Part shown: one piece after another, positions 1 through 16,976 of the stretch
Numbering within the stretch: the stretch's first letter is position 1
Layout: the number at the start of each line of letters is the position of its first letter
Program-made: the position numbers and the translations under genes
Origin: Eledone cirrhosa
Lineage: Eukaryota
Direction: 5' to 3'
Length of the DNA stretch: 64,000 bases
NCBI GenBank assembly: GCA_964016885.1
Contig: CAXHJY010000575.1
Coordinates: forward strand, 1 to 64,000
Notes under the pieces: generated by a model
What the model saw: only the letters and a program-made list of their open reading frames with translations
The model's database searches: none
Told to the model about the DNA's origin: nothing

Positions 1-606
1 ACGATATAAGGATATCCTATTAAATAAACGATATAAGGATATCCTATTAAATAAACGACAGGAATTAATTATATCGTGTAATCATAAACTAAAAAAACAT
101 TTAAATATTATAAACCTAATTAATAACATTATTTTAGAAATTAATTTAATTTAAATGTTAGTTAACCTATAAATTTAATTTAATTAAAATTCTATTACAG
201 ATGAGAATATAAAATATTGTGTAATCATAAATTGTGAAAAACCTTTAAATATTACTAATATATACTTAGTAATTTAATTTATAGATTAATTTTAATTTAT
301 TTAAACCTTTTATTAAAATTCCTTTACAGATAAAATATAACAAAATATCGTGTATCCAATGACAGAGAAATAATTTTTAGTATTATAGACCTAATTAATA
401 TACATTTTAGAAATATATTTATAATTTGGTTTTAAATTTAGTCAACCTAAAAATTTAATTGGCTTAAAATTAGTATCCTTATACAGACGGATTGCAGAAT
501 GTCATGTAATCATAGAATGGGATGTGTTTTGGATATATACCTAGTTAATATATTCTTTGCAATTTTTGAAAAAATATGTATATGTATGTATGTATATGTA
601 TGTGTA

Positions 607-643
<37 letters not shown>

Positions 644-670
644 GTGTATATATATGTATATATATATGTG

Positions 671-701
<31 letters not shown>

Positions 702-1488
702 TAATTTTGATTTCTATTTGCATATAATTATATTCTGCTATTGATAAAATACAATATCTGTTTTATTTATTATATACCTAATTAACATATACTATAGAAA
801 TTAATATATAATTTTTAATTTAGTTAACCTATAATTTATATTCTACTACCGATGTAATACTTTATTTGTTTTTTCCCTATTACTAAATTCATTTCCTAAT
901 ATTGATACCATAACGTTATTAACTTTAATTTAGTTATACTATAATTAATACTCTACTACTATTTAACTTCAAAATTCTGCTTCAAATATTATAAACCTAA
1001 CTAATTTACACCTTAGAAATCAATATGTTAACTATCTTTAGTTTAGTTAACATATAATTAATGGTATACTTATTTATTTTGAAATGCATAAATTTTGCCT
1101 TATTTCTTGTATTTCCTAACACTGAAACTATGTAAAAACATACATTGGATCCAGATACAGATAATATTCTATGTTTCTTGAAACATATATTTACTATAAT
1201 CCCCTTCTCCAACCCCCCCCCCCTTTCCCCCATACTATTATCATCTGTGTTTGTAAGCGTGTATGTATGAATATATATGTAGGTAGGTATATATATGTTT
1301 GGGTATTTATATCTGAATATAAAAATACATATATGCGCATGCAAATAAGAATGTAAGATTGTGTGTATATATATGTGTGTATGTATATATATATGTGTAT
1401 ATATGCATGTGTATATATATGTGTATGTGTATGTGTGTATGTATATATATGTGTATATGTGTATATGTGTGTGGGCATGTATGTGTGT

Positions 1489-1522
<34 letters not shown>

Positions 1523-1807
1523 ATGTATGTATGTATATATGTGTGTGTATATATATGTATGTCTCTCTATTTATATGTCTATCTTCGTATCTATGTGGGT
1601 ATATGTGTGTGTGTGCATGTATGCACATGTATGTGTTTACGTGTATATGTGTGTATGTGTATATATGTACGTGTGCGCACATATATATGTGAGTGTGTGT
1701 GTGTGTGTGTGTGTGTATATGTATATATATATATATATCTATGTGTGTATATATGTCTATATTCGTATGTGTATATATATATATTTCACCGTATATATAT
1801 ATATTTC

Positions 1808-1925
1808 ACCGTTTATCTTTCACCGAAAGTGATTTTTCATTACATCTCTTCTTTCCATGATATCCGGAATACATTGAGTTCTTCATACGGATTGGACACT
1901 ACCGTAAACTCTTGGTAGATTTATC

Positions 1926-1928
<3 letters not shown>
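1808..1928 (+). repeat. Extra copy of the family A 3' terminal tail nested inside the element
   Basis: Near-identical to 4163-4283 with the same end TTGGTAGATTTATCTAC followed by (AT)n. Preceded by stuttered TTTCACCG. Confidence 0.85.
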
Positions 1929-1960
<32 letters not shown>

Positions 1961-2529
1961 TATTATTATAATATAACTTATGTGTATGTGTGTATATGTG
2001 AGGGTGTGTATATGTATATATATGTGTATATATATGTGTAAAAAAATATATATGTGTATGTCTGTTTTTTGTGTGTGTGTATATATATGTATGTGTATAT
2101 ATATGTGTATGTGTGTGTTTGTATGTGTGTTTATGGTTGTATGTGTGTGTGGGTGTATATATATAAATGTATGTGTATATATATATATATATATATGTGT
2201 ATATATATCTCTATTAATGCGTGTATATATGTATATGTATATGCCTTTTTCTTTGTATGTCTGAGTTGTGTGAGGGTGTAGTGGTGTTTGTATGTATATA
2301 CGCATATATGGATGCGTATGTATTTGTATATATGAGTATATGTAAGTGCGTATGTATGTATGAATATATATCTAATTCTATGTATGAGTATATATGTGTG
2401 TGTATGTATGTTGTGTGTGTATGTATGTATGTGTCTATGTGTGTGTATACATATGTATATATGTGTGTGTATGTATGTATGTATGTGTATGTATGTACAT
2501 ATATGTCTATGTATGTGTGTATGTATATG

Positions 2530-2574
<45 letters not shown>

Positions 2575-2765
2575 TTATTTTATATATATGTGTGTGTGTG
2601 TATGTGTGTGTGTGTATATATATCTTTATATATGTGTATGTGTATGTTCGTGTAGGTGTATGTGTGTGTATGACTATATATGTATGTGTGTATGTGTGTA
2701 TGTATGTATATGTATGTGTGGGTACATGTATGTATGTGTATGTATGTATATGTGTGTATATGTGT

Positions 2766-2821
<56 letters not shown>

Positions 2822-3098
2822 GTATCTCTATTTGTATATGTATATGTGTATAGGTATATACCTTTTTCTTTGTATGTCTGAGTTGTGTGAGAGTGTAGTG
2901 GTGTTTGTATGTATATACCGATATATGGATGCGTAAGTATTTGTGTGTATGTATGTATGTATGTCTGTATGTATTTGTGTGTATATATAGGTATGTATGT
3001 GTATATCTGTATGTATATAAGTATGTATGTGTATGTATATGTGCGTGTATGTGTGTATATACATGTGTGTCTATATAGTATGTGTGATTATATGTGTA

Positions 3099-3153
<55 letters not shown>

Positions 3154-3250
3154 GTATGTGTGTATATGTGTGTATGTGTGTATATGTATATGTTTATATA
3201 TGTGTGTGTATGTATGTTCTAAGTGTGGATGTGTGTATATGTATGTGTGT

Positions 3251-3314
<64 letters not shown>

Positions 3315-3932
3315 TTTCTTGATATATTTCTTTTTTCTTTTTTCTTTTTCTTTTCTTTCCTTTTTAATTTTTATTTTTTATTTTCTTAGTTTATAGATAC
3401 ATCTATAATAAGCAGTCTGCCCAAACCGTTGAATACTGACCTCTCCCCCCCTCCCACCTAATTTCTGTATCTTGATCTAAAAATGTGTGTGGCAGTGTTT
3501 ATGTGAGTGAATTAATATCCATGTGCTTATGATATTATATCCACATATATATATGTGAGTGGGGGTGTGTGTGTGTTTGTATGTTCGTAATTATGTGTAT
3601 GTTTATGCATATACGCGCGCGTGTGTGTGATTGTACGGATATGTGTGAGTATGAGAATATGTGTATACACTTATTTCATATTTATGTGTCTATACGCACC
3701 TTATCTGTGCATTATAAACTTACAGAGACATTAACCTTGAAATTTTGTATTTGCATCCATCCTTTTGGTATGCATATACATGTTGAGCATACATTTTTGT
3801 AAAATATGTGTAAGGGTAGTTACATGTATATACACACACCGAACTGCATAAAACCTTTTGTATTTTCATTGGTCAATTTTGTTCCCAAACGGACCTGAAA
3901 TTTTGAATTGTTGTTATTATCAATAAATATAT

Positions 3933-4086
3933 TTCATTATTTCTGAAGACGGCGTATATATGTGTTGGTATGTATATTTAATCTTGATAGTTTGTATAAT
4001 TTTGTATAATTTTGTACATAGATCTGTTGAATATGCATGCCAATTCTAACACATATATATCCTAGAAACGATCGTTAAATAATGAA
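3933..4086 (+). ncRNA. Type I hammerhead ribozyme with long stem II (family A)
   Basis: Stem I TTCATTATTT/AAATAATGAA (10 bp); core CTGAAGA 3943-3949; ~115-nt stem II with imperfect closing pair; GAAA 4065-4068; palindromic stem III ACGATCGT; predicted cleavage after GUU at 4076. Confidence 0.65.
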
Positions 4087-4322
4087 CTTTTTTTGTTTAA
4101 TATAAGGAACTGTTTCATTGTTTTATTCATTATTTGTTTAATATTTTATCTTGACTCTGTATACCGTTTATCTTTCACCGAAAGTGATTTTTCATTACAT
4201 CTCTTCTTTCCATGATATCCAGAATACATTGAGTTCTTCATACGGATTGGACACTACCGTAAACTCTTGGTAGATTTATCTACATATATATATATATATA
4301 TATGTATATGTATATATATATA

Positions 4323-5474
4323 GCGGTAATTTACTTCCTCATTTTTTTAATCAGTTTGAGCATTTCTTTAGAACTGCTGGACTACCAACCTGACAGATAT
4401 CTCAGGCACTGATGACGATTATCGCTAAATACTGATGTTGGTTAGATTATCAATATTAGTATTATTGGGGCACCCACTGATGAATTATAGGAGCCCACTT
4501 GAATATATATCTATTGATGGTATACAAGCTCCTACATAATTTGGTATAATTTCACCCAAATTGTAGGAATCCTATAATGAAACGAGACGTCCGCCTGGGA
4601 AGAGATATATTCGATATGTCTCATATGAAATAATACAGCCAATGTTCCCCGTAATACTTTTAGTTAGCACCCCGAACGCTTAATTATGAATATAATCACT
4701 TATTTCCTAATATTTGTTGAGTGAGTTGGAATTTGGCCGGAGTATCGCTAAAAAATTTTCTCCGATATTGTATTTATTTATTTACTCTTGGTGCAACAGA
4801 TTTGAAATTCCCGGTAAAAGGTTAGACTTTCTTTGTTTATTTTTTTATATATGAATATTGATTGTTCCTATATCTCATTCTGTTATTTTGCCCGAGAAAA
4901 TATATGTGTATGCCATCAAACGTTGTACACACAGATATTTTTTCAATTTCCAATTGAGTTCTAGCACGTGGCCTGAATTCCTTTTAGAGTTCATTGTCAT
5001 GCGCATGTATTGTTTTTTTTGCGGTAATTTACTTCCTCATTTTTTAATCAGTTTGAGCATTTCTTTAGAACTGCTGGACTAGCAACCTGACAGATACCTC
5101 AGGCATGATGATGATTATCGCTAAATATTGATGTTGGTTAGATTATCAATATTAGTATTATTGGGGCACCCACTGATGAATTATAGGAGCTCACTTGAAT
5201 ATATATCTATTGATGGTATACAAGCTCCTACATAAATTGGTATAATTTCACCCAAATTGTAGGAATCCTATAATGAAACGAGACGTCCGTCTGGGAAGAG
5301 ATTTATTCGATATGTCTCATATGAAATAATACAGCCAATTTTCCACGCAATACTTTTAGTTAGCACTCCGAACGCTTAATTAGGAATATAATCACTTCTT
5401 TCCTAATGTTTGTTGAGTGAGTTGGAATTTGGCCAGAGTATCGCTAAAAAGCTTTCTCCAATATTGTATTTATT
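4323..5474 (+). mobile_element. Terminally redundant ~698-bp non-coding unit (about 1.6 copies) with hammerhead-like motif, flanked by (TA)n
   Basis: GCGGTAATTTACTTCCTC recurs at 4323 and 5021. CTGATGA at 4477, stem II ATTATAGGA/TCCTATAAT, then GAAACGAGACGTC at 4579-4591. The motif repeats at ~5173-5287. Confidence 0.65.
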
Positions 5475-5487
5475 ATATATATATATA

Positions 5488-5629
5488 CTAGCAGAATGGG
5501 CCGACGTTGCTCGGGATTTGCCCTAGGGTTCTTATATATTTGATATATATTTATCCTTATCGAGCCTCGTCAAATAAATACGTTTGTTTATGTGTTGTTA
5601 CTGTGTATGCAAAAATATCTGTATACGAA

Positions 5630-5630
<1 letters not shown>
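5488..5630 (-). mobile_element. Helitron-like 3' terminus fragment
   Basis: The minus strand ends in hairpin CCGA-GCAACG-TCGG followed 9 nt later by CTAG|T, the canonical Helitron 3' end. Confidence 0.45.
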
Positions 5631-8759
<3,129 letters not shown>

Positions 8760-8944
8760 GATAAATCTACCAAGAGTTTACGGTAGTGTCCAATCCGTAT
8801 GAAGAACTCAATGTATTCCGGATATCATGGAAAGAAGAGATGTAATGAAAATCCACTTTCGGTGAAAGATAAATGGTATACAGAGTCAAGATAAAATATT
8901 AAACAAATAATGAACAAACAATTCCTTATATTAAACAAAAAAAG

Positions 8945-9099
8945 TTCACTATTTAACGATCGTTTCTAGGGCATATATGTGTTATAATTGGTATGCATAT
9001 TTAACAGATCTATGTACAAAATTATACAAAATTATACAAATTATCAAGATTAAATATACATACCTAACTCATATATACGCCGTCTTCAGAAATAATGAA
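8945..9099 (-). ncRNA. Hammerhead ribozyme (family A, antisense arm)
   Basis: Reverse complement of 14425-14579. Confidence 0.6.
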
Positions 9100-9866
9100 G
9101 TATATTTATTGATAATAACAACAATTCAAAATGTCAGTTCAAAATTGACCAATAAAAACACAAAGGGTAAAAAACAGTTTGGTGTGTGTATATACATGCA
9201 AAAACCTTACACATATTTTACAATAATGTGTGTATAATTTGTATGTGTATACTAAAAAGATGGATGTAAACACAAAATTTCAAGGTTAATATCTCTGTAA
9301 GCTTAATGCGCTGATAAGATACGCAAAGATACTTATGGAGTCAAGCATATAAATATATTTTTTTCATACTCACACATATCAGTATAATCACACATACATG
9401 TGCGTATATGCATAAATATACACATAACCACGAACATACAAACACACACACTCCCCCACTCACATTTATATATGTGGATATAAAATCATAAGCAAATAGA
9501 AATTAAGTCACTCACATAAAAACACTGGTACACACATTTCAAGATCAAGATACAGAAATTAGGTGGGAGGGGGGGGGAGGGGTCAGTATTAGATTGTCAG
9601 ACCAGACAGCCTAAAATAAATGTATCTATAAATTAAGAAAAATAAAAAAATAAAAATAAAAACAATAAAATATAATAAATGTATATACACATACAGATAT
9701 ACATACACATACATACATGTACGCGCACATAGAGATATCTACACATACATACATACACACATACCTATACTGTCATACGCACACATACATTTACACGAAC
9801 ATACACATACACATATAAAAAGATATAAATACACACACACTCACGCGCAACACATACACACATACA

Positions 9867-9904
<38 letters not shown>

Positions 9905-10018
9905 TATACACACACACATAGACTACATATATATATATATATATACACATATACATATATATATAAACATATATATCCCCACACTCATACCACCATAAAT
10001 ATACATACAAACACCCAC

Positions 10019-10052
<34 letters not shown>

Positions 10053-10431
10053 ACATACACACACGTACACATATATATATATATATATACACATATATAC
10101 ACATACACACATATATATACACACACATAAAAAACAGACATGCACATATATACACACACATATATATATATATTTCATTACTCTTATATATACACATAGT
10201 ATATATACATACACAACCTCACTTATACACATATACACATAAGTTATATTACAATAATAATAAAGAATAATATATATATATATATATACATATATACACA
10301 CATATACATATATACACATACATATATATATACACACACATACATACACATACATACATACACCTAAACATATACATACATAAATACACACATACGAATA
10401 AAGACATATATTCACACATAGATACCCATAT

Positions 10432-10467
<36 letters not shown>

Positions 10468-12244
10468 ATATATATACACATACATACATACATATATATA
10501 CACACATATATACACATACACACACACACACACACACAGACACACATACACACTCACATATACATATATATATATATGTGTATGTGAGTGTGCGCAAATA
10601 CATATATATATACACACACACATACAAACACACACAAACACATACATATGCATATATGCACACACACACACATATATCACATAGATATGAAGATAAACAT
10701 ATAAATAGAGAGACATACGAATATATACAGAACCCATATACACATACATACAACCACGCATATACATATATATACATATATACACATATATATATTCCTA
10801 TATACAAGCATACACATACATACACATATATACATATACATACACATATACATACCACACATTCACATACACATACATATATAATACATATATATACATA
10901 TATATACATACACATGTATGTACAATCATATATACACACTCAATCTTACATTCATATTTACATGCTCATATATGTATTTTTATATTTAGAAATAAATACC
11001 AAAACCTATATAGACACCCACCTACACATATATTCATACATATACTCTTACAAAAACAGATTATAATAGTATGGGGGAAAGGGGGGGTTTGGAGAAGGGG
11101 ATCAAAGTAAATATTTGTTTCAAGAAACATATAATATTTTCCGTATCTTAATTCAATGTATGTTCTTACATATTTTCAGTGCTAGGAAATACGAAATCTA
11201 TGCATCCCAAAATAAAAAAGTATACCATTAATCATATGTTAACTAAACCAAAGATAGTCAACATATTGATTTCCAAGGTGTAAATTAGTTAGGTTTATAA
11301 TATTTGAAGCAAAATTATGAAGTCAAACAGTAGTAGATTATTAATTACATTATAACTAAATTAAAGTTAATAACGTTATGGTATCAATATTAGGAGATGA
11401 ATTTAGTAATAGGGAAAAGAAACCCAAATAAAAATAAAATAAAGTATTACATCGGTAGTAGCATATAAATTATATGTTAACTAAATTAAAAATTATATAT
11501 TTATTTCAATAGTATACGTTAATTAGTATATGTTAATTAGGTATACAATACATAAAGCAGATATTGTATTTCATCAATAGCATAATATAATTATATGCAA
11601 ATAAAAATCAAAATTAATACGCATACATATACATATACATACACATATACATACATATACATATACACACATATATATATATATATATACATATATATAC
11701 ACATACATACATATATAGTCACATAAATATACATATAGATACACATACAATACACACACATACATATACATATAGATATACATATCTTTTTCAAAAAATT
11801 GCACAGAATATATTAACTAGGTATATATCCAAAACACATCCCATTCAATGATTACATGACATTCTGCAATTCGTCTGTACAAGGATACTAATTTTAAGCA
11901 AATTAAAATTAAAGTTTTAGGTTGATTAAAACTAAAACCAAATAATAAATATATTTCCAAAATGTATATTAATTAGGTCTATAATACTAAAAATTCTTTC
12001 TCCGTCATAGGATACATGATATTATTTTGTTATATTTTATCTGTAAAAGAATTATAATAAAAAAAGGTTAAAATAAATTAAAATTAATCTATAAATTAAA
12101 TTACTGAGTATATATTAGTAATATTTAAATGTTTTTCAAAATTTATGATTACATAATATTTTCTCATCTGTAATAAAATATTAATTAAATTAAATTTATA
12201 GGTTAACTAACATTTAAATTAAATTAAATTCTAGAATAATGTTA

Positions 12245-12376
12245 TTAATTAGGTTTATAATATTTAAATGTTTTTTTTAGTTTATGATTACACGATATAA
12301 TTAATTCCTGTCTTTTATTTAATAAGATATCCCTAGACTTCATTATTTCAAATAGTTCTTGGGAACATAATCTACA
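12245..12376 (-). pseudogene. C-terminal fragment of Naiad-like PLE GIY-YIG domain
   Basis: Manual translation CRLCSQELFEIMKSRDILLNKRQELIISCNHKLKKTFKYYKPN* matches the CxLC..E...LN.R.E...C.H pattern also seen at ~39240-39330. Confidence 0.75.
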
Positions 12377-13050
12377 TAAAATATTATATGTTTCTTGAAA
12401 CAAATATTTACTTTGATCCCCTTCTCCAAACCCCCCCTTTCCCCCATACTATTATAATCTGTTTTTGTAAGAGTATATGTATGAATATATGTGTAGGTGG
12501 GTGTCTATATAGGTTTTGGTATTTATTTCTAAATATAAAAATACATATATGAGCATGTAAATATGAATGTAAGATTGAGTGTGTATATATGATTGTACAT
12601 ACATGTGTATGTATATATATGTATATATATGTATTATATATGTATGTGTATGTGAATGTGTGGTATGTATATGTGTATGTATATGTATATATGTGTATGT
12701 ATGTGTATGCTTGTATATAGGAATATATATATGTGTATATATGTATATATATGTATATGCGTGGTTGTATGTATGTGTATATGGGTTCTGTATATATTCG
12801 TATGTCTCTCTATTTATATGTTTATCTTCATATCTATGTGATATATGTGTGTGTGTGTGCATATATGCATATGTATGTGTTTGTGTGTGTTTGTATGTGT
12901 GTGTGTATATATATATGTATTTGCGCACACTCACATACACATATATATATATATGTATATGTGAGTGTGTATGTGTGTCTGTGTGTGTGTGTGTGTGTGT
13001 ATGTGTATATATGTGTGTATATATATGTATGTATGTATGTGTATATATAT

Positions 13051-13092
<42 letters not shown>

Positions 13093-13471
13093 ATATGGGT
13101 ATCTATGTGTGAATATATGTCTTTATTCGTATGTGTGTATTTATGTATGTATATGTTTAGGTGTATGTATGTATGTGTATGTATGTGTGTGTATATATAT
13201 ATGTATGTGTATATATGTATATGTGTGTATATATGTATATATATATATATATATTATTCTTTATTATTATTGTAATATAACTTATGTGTATATGTGTATA
13301 AGTGAGGTTGTGTATGTATATATACTATGTGTATATATAAGAGTAATGAAATATATATATATATGTGTGTGTATATATGTGCATGTCTGTTTTTTATGTG
13401 TGTGTATATATATGTGTGTATGTGTATATATGTGTATATATATATATATATATGTGTACGTGTGTGTATGT

Positions 13472-13507
<36 letters not shown>

Positions 13508-13621
13508 GTGGGTGTTTGTATGTATATTTATGGTGGTATGAGTGTGGGGATATATATGTTTATATATATATGTATATGTGTATATATATATATATATATG
13601 TAGTCTATGTGTGTGTGTATA

Positions 13622-13655
<34 letters not shown>

Positions 13656-14424
13656 AGTGTATGTGTGTATGTGTTGCGCGTGAGTGTGTGTGTATTTATA
13701 TCTTTTTATATGTGTATGTGTATGTTCGTGTAAATGTATGTGTGCGTATGACAGTATAGGTATGTGTGTATGTATGTATGTGTAGATATCTCTATGTGCG
13801 CGTACATGTATGTATGTGTATGTATATCTGTATGTGTATATACATTTATTATATTTTATTGTTTTTATTTTTATTTTTTTATTTTTCTTAATTTATAGAT
13901 ACATTTATTTTAGGCTGTCTGGTCTGACAATCTAATACTGACCCCTCCCCCCCCCTCCCACCTAATTTCTGTATCTTGATCTTGAAATGTGTGTACCAGT
14001 GTTTTTATGTGAGTGACTTAATTTCTATTTGCTTATGATTTTATATCCACATATATAAATGTGAGTGGGGGAGTGTGTGTGTTTGTATGTTCGTGGTTAT
14101 GTGTATATTTATGCATATACGCACATGTATGTGTGATTATACTGATATGTGTGAGTATGAAAAAAATATATTTATATGCTTGACTCCATAAGTATCTTTG
14201 CGTATCTTATCAGCGCATTAAGCTTACAGAGATATTAACCTTGAAATTTTGTGTTTACATCCATCTTTTTAGTATACACATACAAATTATACACACATTA
14301 TTGTAAAATATGTGTAAGGTTTTTGCATGTATATACACACACCAAACTGTTTTTTACCCTTTGTGTTTTTATTGGTCAATTTTGAACTGACATTTTGAAT
14401 TGTTGTTATTATCAATAAATATAC

Positions 14425-14579
14425 TTCATTATTTCTGAAGACGGCGTATATATGAGTTAGGTATGTATATTTAATCTTGATAATTTGTATAATTTTGTAT
14501 AATTTTGTACATAGATCTGTTAAATATGCATACCAATTATAACACATATATGCCCTAGAAACGATCGTTAAATAGTGAA
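14425..14579 (+). ncRNA. Hammerhead ribozyme (family A)
   Basis: TTCATTATTT-CTGAAGA...GAAA-CGATCG-TT-AAATAGTGAA. Relative to the 3933 copy, an A>G change keeps stem I paired as G-U. Confidence 0.6.
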
Positions 14580-14624
14580 CTTTTTTTGTTTAATATAAGG
14601 AATTGTTTGTTCATTATTTGTTTA

Positions 14625-14765
<141 letters not shown>

Positions 14766-14766
14766 G

Positions 14767-14810
<44 letters not shown>

Positions 14811-14824
14811 TATATATATAATAT

Positions 14825-14858
<34 letters not shown>

Positions 14859-14956
14859 ATATATATATATATAATATATATATATATAATATATATATAT
14901 AATATATATATATATATATAATATATATATAATATAAATATATATATATATAATAT

Positions 14957-15681
14957 AGTAATAATAATAACATTGAAGACTAAAATCCAAAGAGGGCTCG
15001 ATAAGGAAAATATATATCAAATATATAAGAACCGAAGAGCAAATATTTATTAAAATAACAGATTAAAGTTTAAGCAAAGAATCGTTGCTTTCACCCTTAA
15101 CGGGATCTTCTGAAACTAACAAAGTCAATCTGTAAACGCAGTACTGGATATTTCAAAAAACGTTGCAACCGGAGGAAGACAGGAAGACGATACTTTGGTT
15201 CATGGTGACGTTCGCTGGCAAAGAACGGGAAAAAACCAATAATACGTCATTAATAGGAGCGGTGAAAAACAATTACGCGCAAAGACAGAACCACGTTTAT
15301 GGTATAAAAGAGGTCGTAGACTAATGTTCTCTAAGTGGTGCATAGAGACGTTCTCTGGCAATGAACGAAAAAACGAAGATAATAAGTCATATGTGGAGCG
15401 TGGAGAACAATAGCACGCAAAGACAAAACCACGTAAATGGTATAGCAGAAGTTGTAGACTAAAATTCTAACTAGGAGACCGAATGAATCTCCGCAACAGA
15501 GTTAAGAACAAAGTAAATAAATACAATACTGAAGTAATAGAAACAAATAAATACATACGCGCAAACAGATACGTACATACACAAGCATACGCAAAACCTT
15601 ACCATAGGTATACAAAACCACGCACATATAAATATGTGTATGTGTGTATGCTTGTGTACAAATAAATAAATAATTATATAT
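14957..15681 (-). mobile_element. Antisense 3' pLTR fragment of Naiad-like family B, with tail
   Basis: 15044-15681 is the reverse complement of ~39745-40386. 14957-15045 matches 38128-38216. Degenerate HHR (core CAGAAGA) at 15058-15133. Confidence 0.85.
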
Positions 15682-16025
15682 ACACATCCATGTTAAACCC
15701 TGCACGTGCACACACATATATCTATATATATATATGCGCACACAGAATTCACCACTGTCGGTTGCGGGGCCTAATCTACATGAAGAACTCGATGTGATCA
15801 GAATGACTTGTATTTTAATTTCACTGTCCCAACTTCTTATATTATGGAAAAAATATATGTGTATGTATGTATATATATATATATTTGGAGGCCATTTCTC
15901 TGTGTGTGGGTGTATGTATGTGTATATGTGTGTGTGTGTGTATGTGTGTGCATGTGGATGTATGTATTGTGTGTGCGTGTGTGTGTGTGTGTATGTATGT
16001 GTGTATTTGGATGTATGCGTATGTG

Positions 16026-16056
<31 letters not shown>

Positions 16057-16148
16057 ATATATGTGTGTGTATGTGTATATATATGTGTGTGTGTGTGTAT
16101 GTTTGTATGTGTGTATGTATATATATGTGTGTGTGTATGTATGTGTGG

Positions 16149-16188
<40 letters not shown>

Positions 16189-16251
16189 ATATATATATGT
16201 GTGTGTGTGTGTATGTATGTGTGTATCTGGATGTATGTGTATGTATATATA

Positions 16252-16294
<43 letters not shown>

Positions 16295-16757
16295 ATGTGT
16301 ATATATGTGTGTGTGTGTATGTGTGTATGTATATGTATGTGTGTGTGTATGTATGTGTGTATATGTATATATATATATATATACGTATATGTGGATGTAT
16401 ATGTATATGTATGTATGTGTGGATGAAGGTATGTGTGTATATATAGGTGTAAGTGCACTAAATCCCTTTCTATCACGCTCCACTCTCCTACCCACCACAG
16501 GAAGATATATGTATGTAATTGCTTCCACCCCCTCACTGATCAGGAGCTGGCCAGTTGGCCATTGCTAAATCTGACCTTTATAAAATAACCCACACCCCAA
16601 ATAACTTCTCATTCACTACCAGAAAGGGACACAGCAGTCAACTTGTTGTTGCTACCTAGATGAAAACTACTATGAAATCCCACAATGAATTTTATACTTG
16701 AATTTTCAAATCTCAAATTTTAACTCTTCGTATTATTAATTTTTATTAATATTAATC

Positions 16758-16805
16758 AACATTTGAAAAGATGGTTTTTGCAGACCCATCGAAACCGGTC
16801 ATTTT
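16758..16805 (+). ncRNA. Minimal hammerhead, U3-A8 core variant, in 5' pLTR
   Basis: TTGAAAA, stem II GATGG/CCATC, GAAA, palindromic ACCGGT, then C (GUC site at 16800). Stem I is weak (AACAT/ATTTT). Confidence 0.55.
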
Positions 16806-16976
16806 TTATACTCTTTATTATTTCCTTACCTTATAAAATTATATGTTTTTTCACAAAAAAGTATTCTGTCGCTTATATATTCCATGTGCCATTACCAACC
16901 TCAATTTTCTCTATAACCTTCGTTTTGTGTAGAAAATTACACTTTTCATATATACTAACCTACGCAAATCCGGAAA

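Larger units (their letters stand above)
1..4283 (+). mobile_element. 3' fragment of a Naiad-like Penelope-like element (family A): end of GIY-YIG ORF plus long microsatellite-rich 3' UTR/pLTR
   Basis: Bases ~36-98 translate as KDILLNKRQELIISCNHKLKK, the LN.R.EL..C.H C-terminal motif, after a 27-bp tandem duplication. Degenerate ~140-bp repeats run to ~1060. HHR at 3933-4086. Ends GTAGATTTATCTAC|(AT)n. A diverged antisense copy lies at 8757-12335. Confidence 0.75.
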
